Shown: positions 1 to 12,818, counted from the stretch's first letter. The stretch is 57,192 bases of DNA from Reclinomonas americana ATCC 50394 (GCA_048213135.1 PS015262.1:22300-79491), one strand, 5' to 3'. The notes: generated from the letters alone by a model not told the origin. Program-made: numbers and translations.

Positions 1-474
1 AGTTGCGCCATCGCTCCCCCGGACTCTCGCAACTCGGCGCCATCTGTCGCCGTGCTTCGCCACCTGATCGACGCTGTGGTCGTTGGAGATGGCGATCGCT
101 CGTATCGTAGAGATAGCCACCACAATTGCCGTTCCGAGTTGCCGCTTGTGCAAATGCTGGCACCTGGAGGTGTCTTGCGCGGCCTGTCGCGGATGACGCT
201 ACACCGGGTGCTGCTGTACGAGATCTACCACGTACTGCTGGCCGACAAGTTGCGGGCCAGCCTGGGTGTTGTGTTGCCGTCGGACTTGTGGATGCATATC
301 GTGCTCTTTGTTCGACTGCGTCGAGGTCGGGAAGGGGTGCGGGAGACCGTATGGCTGTGTTGATATCGACCGCACGCGATCGCGATCTCTGGCTGGCCAT
401 GCGCACCACAGTTCTTGCTGCGCAACGTCGACGTCGACTATGTTGATGATGTGGACAGGGTTTGTCTCGGCCAT
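1..474 (-). CDS. 5' part of a hypothetical spliced gene running off the left edge
   Basis: ATG at 474 (MAETNPVHIINIVDVD), then a putative GTTGCG..CAG intron 355-426 and an in-frame exon PYGLPHPFPTSTQ...; head-to-head with the cyclase gene. No recognisable homology. Confidence 0.35.
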
Positions 475-563
475 CAACGCCGCTGCTTCTTCAAGTGCCT
501 TATTAATTAAACGAACTTCGCCTTTTATTGCCACCAGTTTTCGCCAAACCGAGAAAAGAGAGC

Positions 564-3500
564 ATGGAAGGCAACGGGCCTCCGCCACCTCTCCCACCAC
601 TTCCTCCCACTGCCACACAGCATGAAGAGGACGATGCGCAGCCACTGAACACACAGCAGTCGCCAAGTGCGCGACGACGCCAACAACAACAGCCAGAGCA
701 GCAGTCAAGCAGGCAGAGAGAACGAGCGACAAGGGTGTGTGTGTGTGTGTGTGTGTGTGCGTGTGCGTGTGTGTGTGTGCGTGTGTGTGTGAGAGAGAGG
801 AAAGANNNNNNNNNNNNNNNNNNNNNNNNNNNNNNNNNNNNNCTCTCTTTCTCCGCCTCCATTCTCACCCTTTCCATCTTCCCAGCGACTGGTCAAGAAG
901 CCGCTCGTGATTGGCGACACCTCAGTCGAGGATGTGGTGGTGAAGGAGCGTGTCAAGCGCCCGACTTCGCCACCCGCACCCGCCAAGGTGTGCCCCCGTC
1001 ATCTTCCTCACTCTTGTCTCTTGCCATCACTGCTCACCCAGTCGGCATCGCAGGTCAGTCGCCGTCGCTTCCGCTTTCCCATGTCGGCAACGGTGACGAC
1101 CTTTCTGGCGGTGTTGCTGCTTGTCGAGCTGGCCATTCTTGGTGTGTCGCGCTCTTTCACCCCCGCCCTCCCTTCCTCGACCTTGTGCGCTCACTTCTTG
1201 GCCCATCGTCTGCAGCTGCCGTGTTGACCACCGGCAGCTCCTCGTCGGTCGGCTTGGTGGCGCAGCGACTGATCAACTGCGTGCAGAAAGACGCACACGA
1301 GGCCGTTGTGCGCATGTTCAACGATGAGGTAACTCGGTGCTGCGGCGAGGTCGGAGTATGAATGTCTCACAGTGTGACGTGCCAGGCCACGCATCTGCTC
1401 GGTATCGCAAGACAGACGATTCAGGCGGGCAAAGTGGGCGTCAGTCCCACACAACTGGTGGCCACTCGCGAGCACATGCGCGAGGTGGCCAACGTGCAGT
1501 TTGGCGCCCTCAACGCATACGTTTTTAACGAGATCGGTCAGAAGTTGGTGGCCTACATTGAAGGCTCGGCTGTGGTACGTGTCTCGCACCTGCACATCTA
1601 TGCTTCTGGCAGTCCTCTCGTTGGAAAGAAAAGCAGCTTTGTGCTCGTCATCCAGTCTGTGCATATGGCCTCCATTCAGAACTCTGCTTCTGTATTCTCT
1701 CTTTTCTTCTCTCTCTCTCTCTCTCTCCTACTCGCTCTGTGATACATCCGTGCCCGTTTTCGTCAGTGCGAACAGAGTCCTCCCTTTTTCTCACCACCCC
1801 CACCTCCTCGCAGACCAAATCCTTCAGCATCTTCATCAACAAGTACGATCGTGCCAACATGTACGACCGCCACTTCCTCGTGGACTCCACCGGCGAGTGG
1901 CGCAATCCACCGTTGCAGGTGGCCAAGCTGCCGCAGTTTTACATTTTCGATTCGGTGATCATGCCTGCCACTCATAATCGCCCCTGGTGCATTCACTGAC
2001 TCCAACCATGGCACGGCGCCGCAGTTCCTCCAAGTGATTCCGCCGTATGCGGACTTGATGCATGGCATTCAAGGGCGCTGGGAGGCCGTGCAGTTTGTCA
2101 AGAACCCAGAGTTCAATTTTGCGGAGCTCGCCCTGCCCATTGTTGGTGGATATTATTCGCAAGTTTTGTGGGGAAAGAAGGGAGGGAGGGAGGGCGAAGG
2201 CAGGGTGAGTAGAGGGATAAGTGGCTGTAGACACAGATACGAGATCCAGATGCTGCTGGCGTCTTTTGTCACTCGTGCACTGGCATGCGGCGCCATGTTG
2301 CACGTTCCATTGATAGAGCATGTTATATTGGGTCTTGAGTTGCAGCTTGCGTCTGTGTCGTCCACCGTGCACAGACATTTACCGTCTTGCAAATTTCGTA
2401 CGTGGTGGTGGGACTGTAGTTGCAGCTGGGATTGGTATAGTCGCCTATGCACTTGCACGTGCCGCCTGTCTTGCACTGTCCATGACCCGAGCGTGCACCT
2501 GTTATCGCCTGGGTAGATGCCTTTCTCTCTCTCTCTCTCTCTCTCTGTCGGGGCAGGGAGGAGGAGACAAAAGACGCACTTGCTTGTATATGATGTGATT
2601 GCCGTCAGCGAGTCAAAAGCTTTCCCCCTCACTTGCCTCTCTGTCTCCTTCCCCCTCCTACCTCACCCCGCTGATCAGGACCCCACCACCGGCGCCTTCT
2701 CCGTCGCTCGCGGCGTCATCATCCTCGCCATGTATCTGCGCCGCGCCGCCGATGTCCTGCGCACCCTGGCTCCGTTCTCGGACGCGGAGATCTTCATCTT
2801 TGAGGCGTCGGGCCTGCTGGTTGCGCATCCAACGCTGCCAATCATCACACCGGATGGACGGATCCACGCCTTGGACTCTAGCGATCTCGTGCGTATTTCC
2901 TATCAGGAGATGGTCAAGGTGTGCATTGGATTTCGTTTGTACCTTGTTCACAGGTGAAGGCTCATCTTTCCGTCCTCGCAGCGATTCGGCGCCAACATGG
3001 CCAGCATCGAAGACACCGACATGGAGATTGAGGTCAACGGCAAGCGGTACCTGCTGTTGGTACGTTGGAGTGTGTGTTCTTTCCCCCCCAGCGCACGCTG
3101 AGTCACAGATATGCCACAGGCGAGTCTGCTTACGCAGGAAGACATGGCGAATTTCCACGGCGACTTCACGTGGATCTCGGTGGTGGCCGTTCCGCGTGCT
3201 AGCATTTACGCCGTGGTCGAGCGCAACTACTACATTACCAGCATCATTGCGGTGTGCATCTCGCTTGTCACTGTGGCCGTAACCGCCTTTGTCATGTATG
3301 GCTTTGTGCGACCCCTGGTGACCATCAGGTATGCAGCGAGCAGGCGCGTTGTTCATGTCTCTGCGCGTGCAACTCACGTCTCTCTCTCTCTCTCTCTGTG
3401 CGCGCGTGCGTGTGTGCGTGTTGCAGTAATGACATGCTCAAGTTATCGGACTTCCAGTGGAGCTTCGAGTCGGACCACAATCGCTTGTCACGCTTCACGG

Positions 3501-4139
3501 AGATCGAGACGACAGAGAAGGCACTCATTCGTGTCGTGAAGGCCATCAAGTCGTTTGCCAAGGCATGTGAATCGAGCCCGATTTGCTGGCCGTGGAAACG
3601 CTCGCTGAATCCCTGTCGCGCAGTTCGTGCCGGTGCCCGTCGTGCGTGATCTCATTCAGAGCGATGCCGTGGCCGAGCTTGGCGTGGAGGCGCGCGTCCT
3701 CACTGTCCTTTTCTGGTGAGCTGCGATGGCCTTCTTGGTGGAGTCTTTTACGCGATCGAGTACTGACGCTGTAATGCGCAGCGATATTTCCAACTTCTCA
3801 TTTTTGGCCGACCGCTTGCCGGCCAACGATCTGCTGGCTGTGATCTCTGACTTTCTGCAAACCATGTCGTCTGTGATTGCTGCCAACGAGGGCACCGTCG
3901 ACAAATACATTGGAGATGGCATTAGTTGCGATGGCTGCGCCAGCCACGATGACAGTGTGCAGAGATGTCTGACATTTTTCTCACGACTATTACAGTGGCG
4001 TTCTGGAACGCACCCAACCCTGTGCTTCAGCACGCCTGTCGAGCGTGCACGTCAGCACTTCAGGCGCGTCGAGTGCTGGAGTCGTTGAATGCGGTGAGTG
4101 GCAGTGAACTGAGAGAAGCTTTCTTCTCTCTCTTTCGCT

Positions 4140-4173
<34 letters not shown>

Positions 4174-4604
4174 NNNNNNNNNNNNNNNNNNNNNNNNNNN
4201 NNNNNNNNNNNNNNNNNNNNNNNNNNNNNNNNNNNNNNNNNNNNNNNNNNNNNNNNNNNNNNNNNNNNNNNNNNNNNNNNNNNNNNNNNNNNNNNNNNNN
4301 NNNNNNNNNNNNNNNNNNNNNNNNNNNNNNNNNNNNNNNNNNNNNNNNNNNNNNNNNNNNNNNNNNNNNNNNNNNNNNNNNNNNNNNNNNNNNNNNNNNN
4401 NNNNNNNNNNNNNNNNNNNNNNNNNNNNNNNNNNNNNNNNNNNNNNNNNNNNNNNNNNNNNNNNNNNNNNNNNNNNNNNNNNNNNNNNNNNNNNNNNNNN
4501 NNNNNNNNNNNNNNNNNNNNNNNNNNNNNNNNNNNNNNNNNNNNNNNNNNNNNNNNNNNNNNNNNNNNNNNNNNNNNNNNNNNNNNNNNNNNNNNNNNNN
4601 NNNN

Positions 4605-4651
<47 letters not shown>

Positions 4652-5313
4652 TCTCTCTCTCTCTCTCTCTGAGCTGCAGGAGTCTGCATTCCGAATCTCA
4701 CTTCTTTTCTTCAGTTGGGTGACACGGTCACCCTGGCCAGTCGTTGCCACGCACTTAACAAGAAGCTGCTGACATCAGTGGTGGTCACGGAGGACGTTGT
4801 CGCACAAGCCAACTCTCTCTTCTTGTTCCGCGCCCTGCAGCCGATTCCCACCAAGGGCGGGCGAGGATACACCACTGTTGTTGCGTTTTCTGCCCTCTCT
4901 CACGACTTCTCCCCTTTTCAATCCTCACACGCCGACAACAAAACAGTACGAACTCGTGACGTCCCTATCGGAGGCGACAGCCGAGGAGCGTGCACGAGTG
5001 GCGCTGGCAAACAGCGCTGTCGACGCGTACAATGCCCGCCGCTACGCCAACGCAATCGCACACGCTCGTGTGTTCTTGGCCACCGAGCCGGGCGATGTGG
5101 CGATGCGACTGTTGCGTCCTCATTGCATGCGCGTGATTCTTGCCCCCTCTTTCTGTTCCCCCACCGTCTCGCGCGCGCGCACACACACACAGTTTGTTGG
5201 ACGAGTGCGAAACATTGCAGGCCAGTGAGGAGGCCGAATCATCGCCAGCCGAGGCCAAGGTCAGAGCGTACTCGGCGGCCGCAGACGGCACCATCGTCAG
5301 CGTAGGCAGATGA
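564..5313 (+). CDS. Receptor-type class III nucleotide (probably adenylate) cyclase: TM, Cache-like sensor, TM, HAMP-like linker, cyclase domain, helical tail; about 16 introns; gap inside
   Basis: Spliced translation gives SFAK|FVPVPVVRDLI, VLTVLFCDISNFS, GTVDKYIGDGIMAFWNAP, GDTVTLASR and PTKGGRGYTTV|YEL, with two hydrophobic segments (about 1081-1140 and 3235-3310). The K in VDKYIGD is the ATP-specifying residue typical of adenylate cyclases. TGA at 5311-5313. Confidence 0.85.
2268..2497 (-). pseudogene. Frameshifted tandem EGF-like (tenascin-type) repeat relic, antisense inside cyclase intron 2142-2678
   Basis: Three different minus frames read SGHGQCKTGGTCKCIGDYTNPSC, QDGKCLCTVDDTDASCNSRPNITCSINGTCN and HGAACQCTSD, with EGF-like cysteine spacing broken by frameshifts. 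Confidence 0.6.
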
Positions 5314-5394
5314 AAAACAAGATTAGCCACAAATTGTACATTGTTTGGATTAGCCAAGAGGAAACAAGAGCGGCGGCAGCGGCGGCGGCGGCGA

Positions 5395-8300
5395 TCACGG
5401 AGCAAATTCAATCTCCTCCGTCGCGTCGAAACCGTGTATTGGTGGCAGTCGCTCTCGTGACTGCGGCCGGTGCAGGCCCTCGAGCTCCTCAATGCGTGCT
5501 CGCAGCCGCTGAATCTCGGCCTTTTGCAACTCGATCTCGCGAAGCGGATCGAAATCCTGTGCGCCATGTGAGAACTGAGTGTGGAAGAGGGGCTTGCCGG
5601 GCAAACATCCCCTGACGCAACGTCAAAGCCTCCACCCGCTCCCCCGCCAGCGTGCTGTGTGCCGTCCTGTTGCGTGACAAAGAAGCTCTGTCGGCGGTGC
5701 GAGCTACCGGCACCGGGTCGTTGGCCAGCGCCCATGCTGCGCAGTGCCTTGTTTTCTCTTCTCAACTCGTTGATTTCGTGAATCAGAGTGATGTTTTCTT
5801 GGAGAATCTGTACGACACAAAGTCAGACCACGCATAGAAGAGTTGCGGTGCCAGCGACATCACGAAACTCTTCTGTTCTCCTTGCGCTGCGTCTCCGTGT
5901 CCTTGGCCAGCTTCTTCTTCAGCGACTCCACTTGCTTCTCCAGATACTCGCGCTGCCGCGAGTACTCGTCACGAAGCGGCTCGTCACCACCAGCCGTCTG
6001 TACAGTGATGAAAGGCGCACGTGAGTCCACATGACGGCAACTACCCAGCGCCCGAGCAGGCAAAGAAGACAGAAAATGAAGAAGAGAGAATGAGGGAGAG
6101 AGTGCTTCTTCAAGAAATAAACAAATCGTCTCCAATATCAGATATCTCAAGCTCTCTTCTGCAGATCATCGCCTTCTCATTCTCGAGTCTTCCCCCCATT
6201 GTTGCTCATCTCACTTCGCCCTCACTTACAATAAACCCTCCGTGCGTTTCCTATCCTCTCCACTTTCCTTCACTCTCTCCTCATCCCCTTGCTCTCTCCC
6301 TCTCATCTCAGTCGCATTCTTTGCTGTCCATCTCACCCATTTCTCTCATTTCTCCACTCTCCTTTCATCAACCTTTTCCTCTCTTCCCATCTCCCTTCCC
6401 CTTTCCACCCACCTGCTGCGGCTGCTCCACATACAACTCGTGCAGCTCACGCACGCGCTCCTTCAGCGCCCGCGGATCCTGAATGACCGTCAACAGGTCG
6501 TGCAAATCGCGCTCGAAGCGCTGTTGCAACAGCGCATAGTCGCGCAGTTGGAATTGGAGGCGCTTGTTCTCCTTGCGCGCACCGTGCACCTTCATCTTGT
6601 AGTCGTCGTTCTTGGTCTTCAACAAGCTGTTCTCCATCACGTAGCGCTCCAATTCCTGCTCAAACATGTGAGCACCATATCACACAACCCACCTATCCTC
6701 TTCCCACACTCAACACACCTCATTCATGCCGACGATTTCGCGCTCCATCTTTTCGATTTCGGCATTCTTCGGCCCGACTTGGCTCTCCAGCTCACGGAAA
6801 CGGTGCTCCGACACGTACTTGAACTTCTCCAGCTCCTGTTTCTCCTTGCGCAACTCGGTGGCCTTGCGTTCCTTCTCCATCAAGTTCTTGTCCTTCTCCG
6901 CCGCGTCCTTCTTCAACCGATTAATCTCCTTTTCGTAGTCGCGTTGCTTGTTGATCATCTCGGCCACCAGGTCCTCCTTGCGCTTCAGCTGCTCCTGCAG
7001 CTTCTTCACGTCCTGCTCGGCCTTGGTACGTCGGTTGATTTCCAGTGATTTGGCGCCCTTTTAGAGAAAGAGTGAGACCACGGCATGACTGGCAAGGGAA
7101 AACAACAGACACGAAGCGTACCTTTTCTTGCGCAAAGTCCTCCTTGGCCTTGCGGCTCTCGAGCAGGGCCTTCTCCTTGGAGCGCTGCAGTTGTGTGTCG
7201 TGGTCGTCCTGCATCTGCTTCATGCTCTCCTCGTGGCACTTCTTCTGGAACTCGAGCATCTCCTTGTGGTTGTGAATGGCCAGATCGCACTCCCGCAACC
7301 GCTCATGGAAAGCCTCGCGTTGCTGCGTCAACTCCTCCTGATACTTGGCCTCGATCGCCGCCATGTCCTCCGCGTGTTGCCGTTGCAGTTCCTCGATGCG
7401 CTCATTCAGCTCCTTGATGCGCAGATTCATCGCTTCGCTCTTCTCCTTGAACTCGTTCTTCTTGCGCGTCATCTCCTCTTCGTGCAGGCGCTCCGCGTTG
7501 TGAATCTCGCTCCGCAGACGCACAATCTCGGCCTCTTTTCTGTGCTCCTCCTCCGAGGCTTGTTGTTGTAATTGGTCGAGCTGGAGATGGCAAGATGGAT
7601 GAGTCCAAGTGTGCACACAAAAACATCTCCCTTCTCTCTCTCACACACACACCTTTTGTAACAACTTGCCCTTGTCCATCTCGTGCGCCAAGTGCAGCTC
7701 ACGCTCGCGAGTCTTCATGTTCACGTCGTACTGCTGCATGTTGGTCTCAATCGTCTGCTCCAGGCCCGCAATAATGGTGCGCAGATGCTCCAACTCCGAG
7801 TGCGAAATGAGCACCTCGTCCGAGAAGGCCACCTCCAGTTTCTTGGACTGCTCGGAAATGTCGCGCACGTCAAACACCATCACACAGCCGTCGCGACCGA
7901 CAGTCACCAGCGTCGACTCGTCGTACGACATGGTGATGGAGAGGATGCTGTTCTGGTGAGCCACATAGTCCTCAAACACATCTGTGCGATTGGGACGTAA
8001 AGGTTTCAGAAGGGAATAAAGTTGAGAAGAGGACGCAAACACTCTATTCTTTTTGCACTCACCTCGCTCCAGCGGGAACGGATAAAACCGAATCAGACCA
8101 TCCTCCTTGCCGGCGTAAATGGCACGATTGTTTTGCGCGTATTGCAGCTTGTACAACGCTACTCGACTGTTGATGACCTCGATCTCCTGGCCCTCGCTGC
8201 CGTTGAACTCTTGAAAGTAGTGTCGCCGCACGGGCTTGTCAGCGCCAACGGCGAAAATGGTGTCGCCGGGGCCGTACACGACTGACGAGTATCGACAGTT

Positions 8301-10626
8301 GGGTGTGGAGTGTTCGTGCAGCAGACCAAAGTTGCCGACTTGCCACTCGAAGAGCGAGCCGTCCTCCGCGCAGCTGCGCAAGCGAAAAGGAAGACCATGA
8401 GCACCAAGAGACGCTCTTTTCTCCATCAATCTCTGCCCTCACCTCACGAGCGATGCATCGTCGGCCTTCCATGCCACCGACTGAATCAATGACATGTGAC
8501 GCAGTGACTTGAGCAACTCGCACGTGTAGGTGGCGTACACTTGCACGTTGTGTTGATTGACGGCCGCGAAGAAGCTGCCACCGTGCGAGAAGCGGCACTG
8601 CGTAAAGACGGGGGGGGGGGGGGAGTGTGAGCAAGTGCTCTTTCGTACATCCCTCTTGCCGTTAAACACACACCTCTCGACATTCGCGCACTGAAAACTC
8701 CTTCACAATTCTCAAATCGTCATCGAGAATGTCCATGAGCTTCAACTTGGTTTTGAAGCCGACCAGCATGTGATGACCTGCGCCAAGAGGAAAAAAAAGT
8801 GAGTCGCGCATTCACCCAGCAAACCGGCGCACGAGCGACACTCACCCGAGGGGTGAATTGCGACAGCAGTGGCCTCCTCGGGGAAGAAGCGCACAATATT
8901 CAACGAGTGGTCGTGGTAGTTCCACACACGCACACTCTTGTCGACGCCGCACGTGACAATGAGTGGCTTCCGAATGCATGTGTCGACAGCTGTGATGCCG
9001 TCAGAGTGCCAGCTTTCGGCCAGAAGCGACACGTCCTGTGTATAAATTGGCATCACGTGATGAGCATGCACCCAGTGCAGTGGACGAACTGCTGCTGTGC
9101 TTGCACGCAACATTCTCAATGTCCTGGTTGAGGGACACCAAAAAGATTTGGTGATTGGCCGTCGACACAGCAATCATGGTCTGCTCCGGATTGACAGAGA
9201 GGCCCACCACGGCCGGCCGTGGATCCGAAAACAGCTGGTTGCCGTTCTTGTCCTTGTCCAGCAGCTTGACGGTGCGTACGCGAGAGTAAAAGTCGCCGGC
9301 ATCGGAGCGATCGTAAATCGCCACCTTGCCCGTGTCGGTGCCCACGATAAAGCCCTGCACGAAGCAGAGTGGTGAGTCGCCGCGCGCGTCTGCGAGGTTG
9401 GAGTGGCGCCAAACCTTCTGGAACGGGTAAATGACGCGCACAATCTCGCCCATCGCATCCTGCGTGTGAATCGTGCCCTTGAATTCGCCATTCTCAATCA
9501 GCAGCAACTCGCCCTGATCGGTGGCCGCCACAAACCGGTGGTCGTCGGTGCCACGCAGCCACGCCTGTGCCACAATGTTCTTGGGCTCGCGCAGAGCTGA
9601 GGCGGCCAGCACGCGGAAGCCATTGGCCTCGGCGCGGAGGAATCTCAGTGCACCGTTGCCGACGACCGCAATCAGCGACGAGTCAGCCGGGCAGAAAGAG
9701 CACTGGGTCATGACGGGGAGAGGAGTGCCGGCTGCAAGGGAAGAGAGAGAGAGGTGAGGAGGTGGATGGGAAAGAGATTTTGAGAGCAAGACTCGATGCC
9801 CATTTGCCCGCCTGTCGACTCACATTGGTAGGGCTTGGAGAGATCCTCCTGCGCCACACACTCGGTGGAGGCCAGCACCTTCTTTGCGTCCAATCCCCAC
9901 ACAGTCAGGCCGTAATTCGGTGCGCCTCCCAGCGTCAACAGCTTGCCATCGTGGCTAAAATCGACCGACACGTACTCCTTGGCCTTGTCGTTCGAGTTTG
10001 ACGAGGTTACAGTTTTCTTTCGTCGGCCTGAGACGCACGTGAGACAGAGCAGCAAAGGGCTGGAGAGTCTCGGAGTCGTCACAACTCACCAGTAGCCACC
10101 TCGTAAATGTGCACCATGGCCGCCTCGCTGCTGCGCTCCGCCACAGCAAGATACTTGCGCTCCTTGCGCTCGTTCTGCGATCCCATCAACGACATGGCAC
10201 TGATGCCTTCGCTTTTTGTCGCATGCTGTGCCGAGGGGACTGCGTGGAGAGGAGAGGAGANNNNNNNNNNNNNNNNNNNNCACACACTCCTCCTCCTCCT
10301 CCTCTCTCTCTCTCTCTCTCTCACTCTCTCTCTCCTCTATCCCTTTTCTCCTCCAACCCACTCACCAATGAACCGCTGCACTCTTGTTTGCAAATCCATA
10401 TTGACAATGCACCGGCCGGCCGGGTACAAGCACGTGGTCTCATTCAACAAGTGCACACTGCCTTGCACATCCGACTGCATACCAAACACATGACTGAAGA
10501 AACAGACAATGAGTGAGACACACAGGGAGAGAGAGAGAGACACCATGAGTGTGAGAGTGTGTGAGTGATTCAGAGACGCAACCGCAAGGTCAGCGCCGGC
10601 TTGACATCCTCCTCAGGCGCCGCCAT
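5395..10626 (-). CDS. CFAP57: Cilia- and flagella-associated protein 57 (WDR65): WD40 repeats plus C-terminal coiled coil; about 17 introns
   Basis: RHVFG...YPAG, YLAVAE, HSDGITAVDTCIRKPLIVTCGVDKSVRVWNY, AVAIHPSG, CRFSHGG, FSDEVLI, KQELEKFKYV, EYSRQREYLEKQVESLKKKLAKD and ILQENITLIHEINELRRE all match recalled CFAP57 family motifs. Confidence 0.92.
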
Positions 10627-10773
10627 TCTCTCCTTGTTCCTTTCGCGACACAACGCAAAAAGACAAATCAACGGTCGCGTGACTCACCGTCGCATCTGTC
10701 CGTGTCTGTCCATCGCGAGCAGATATCCATTGTTTTTTTTTTCCCCCTTGCTCGATAGCGCAAGTAGTTCATC

Positions 10774-11235
10774 ATGGCTCAGCATTCGTCGATTGTTGTA
10801 TTGTTCGCGTTGCTGCTGGCTGCAGTGTTGATTGCGTGCACATGTGTGCATGCACGTGAAGTCGAGGGTTTGCCTTCTGCATGCAACTGCGCACACTGTT
10901 TGTGTGTAGTTTGATTGCCTCAGTTGTCTCGTATAGAGGACGATGACGTGGACTTTGAGGCGTTCTTGCAGCAGTTCAACGGCATGTCGGAGGAGGAGGT
11001 GGAGCGGGCGCTGGATGAGCTGCTCGAGGAGGAGGATGAGGATGATGAGGGGATGAGCTTGGCGGACGCGCAGTCGAGTGCGTTGGCGGGCGACATTCTG
11101 CAGGTGCTGCAGAGTGCGGCGGATTTGCTGCCGGTGGATGAGGCCATCAAGAAGGCCAAGAAGATTGTGTCGGATGAGCGCATGCAAATTTCGAAGCAGA
11201 ATGCGATGGAATATGAGTTCCCAGGTGTGTATAGG

Positions 11236-11275
<40 letters not shown>

Positions 11276-12613
11276 AGAGAGAGATGTTCGCTGTTCGTCA
11301 CTATGGTTTGCTCACGACGTGGTTTGTGTCACGCAGCGCAAGACATTGAGACGTCGGTCAGGAAGATGCAGGAGATGTGGGTGAGTGCATCTACGTAGTG
11401 TATGCGATTGTCGCGGTGCTCTGTTCGCTCACGGATCGCGCTTGCAGGAGGAGGAGGTCAACAACGGTTTGCATGTCGATATATCGTGCAGGGTTTTCCA
11501 TTGTGCCGGTGAACTCACGCTCCGAGTGCAGACTTGCGACAGACGCTGCAGGACATTGAGGATGATCAGAGCAAGCGCAAGCAGATGCGCTCGGAGTCTG
11601 TCGGCCTGCTCTCTGGTCAGGTGATCACCGCCAAGGACTTGGTCGACAACTCGATCGTTGGTCAGGCCGTGTCGCGCCTCGTCAACCGCGAGACCCTGAT
11701 CAAGAAGCTCACCGTCAAGTGGAACACCTCCATGTGCCGCCGAGTTGCGTTGGCGTGCAAGTGAGAAGCGCCGTTGGCCTATACTGCTCACACGAGACGC
11801 GCATTTTGCAGAAAGTGCGTTTCAACAAGACCGGAGGGAAACACGCCAATCGCTACTCTTGCATCGGCTTTGCGTGCATGCAGAAGGTGAGACGCAGAAG
11901 TGCCACGAAGACGTATTGCTGTGTCAATGGTTTCTGACAGTGTATGTAAAATCCTCCCAGTGCCGCTCGGACAGCGTCTACAAGGTGAGCATCATTCTCC
12001 CCTCAATGTCAGTGCTTTTTGTTGTGCATTGCGGTGGGCTAACGACGTTGTGTGCAGTACTCGTGTGGACCGGTGTGCTTGAAGGACATTAGCGGGTGCA
12101 AGAACGGCATCAAGGCCGGCGTGAAGTCGACGATGAAGTGGGTGGCCAAGACTGGTACGAGTCGCACATCTCTCTAGATCAGTCTGTTTGTCTTGTCTCC
12201 TCATATGACGCGCACAGCCATCAAGGCCGCCATCTCCGGCCAGCTGAGCCTGGTATCGGATGCCAAGGACGTCGGCAAGACGATTCTGGAGCACGCCATC
12301 AAGGTGCGTTGTTTATTTTGACTGCATGACGTGTGAAGCCACTGACTGATCTCCATGTGCTGTAGTTTGCACTGCTTAACACGTGCCCAGAGGGCTCTGG
12401 CACCTACACCGAGGACCAGTACCTGGCCGACCACAAGGCCTGCTACGATCAGGCGATTGACGAGAACCCGAAGCAGAAGAGCACCAAGGGTGAGGCGTCT
12501 CTTTCTTCGCTGCGATTCGTGTGCGTGAGGCTCACGTTCGTTTCGCAGGCTCGTACGTCAAGCTGATGGACGACCCGAACATTTCGCTCCAGGAGTGCCT
12601 GGAGAAGTTGTAA
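10774..12613 (+). CDS. Predicted secreted protein with acidic N-terminal region and Cys-rich central module; function unknown; about 9 introns
   Basis: Signal-like MAQHSSIVVLFALLLAAVL; consistent spliced frame MCRR|KVRFNKTGGKHANRYSCIGFACMQK|CRSDSVYK|YSCGPVCLKDISGCK; TAA at 12611-12613. Confidence 0.65.
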
Positions 12614-12818
12614 TAGCTGAACGGATGGATGTTTTTTTTAGTGTGTGTTGTTGTTTTTTCATGCTTCTTGCGTTACGCAGTGAGTCAACTGCACAGTGAA
12701 AATGTGCAGAAGTGTGCTTTATATACTCCCAGCAGTCGTCTCAAACAAACATCCTCTGTTGATTATCCTTTCTCCTCCCCCGCCCTTCCTCCCTCCCTCC
12801 CTCCACCTCTTCCCCTTT

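Noticed and set aside
1979-2024. Apparent non-canonical TG-AG intron after an RPW (Cache-like) motif
   Set aside because: A canonical 70-nt G|GTGAT..CAG intron at 1955-2024 restores the frame at typical length, so RPW is probably intronic coincidence.
11812-12613. Ribosomal protein L1 similarity (RFNKTG, KSTKGSYVK)
   Set aside because: The signal peptide, Cys-rich context and lack of other L1 motifs point to coincidence.
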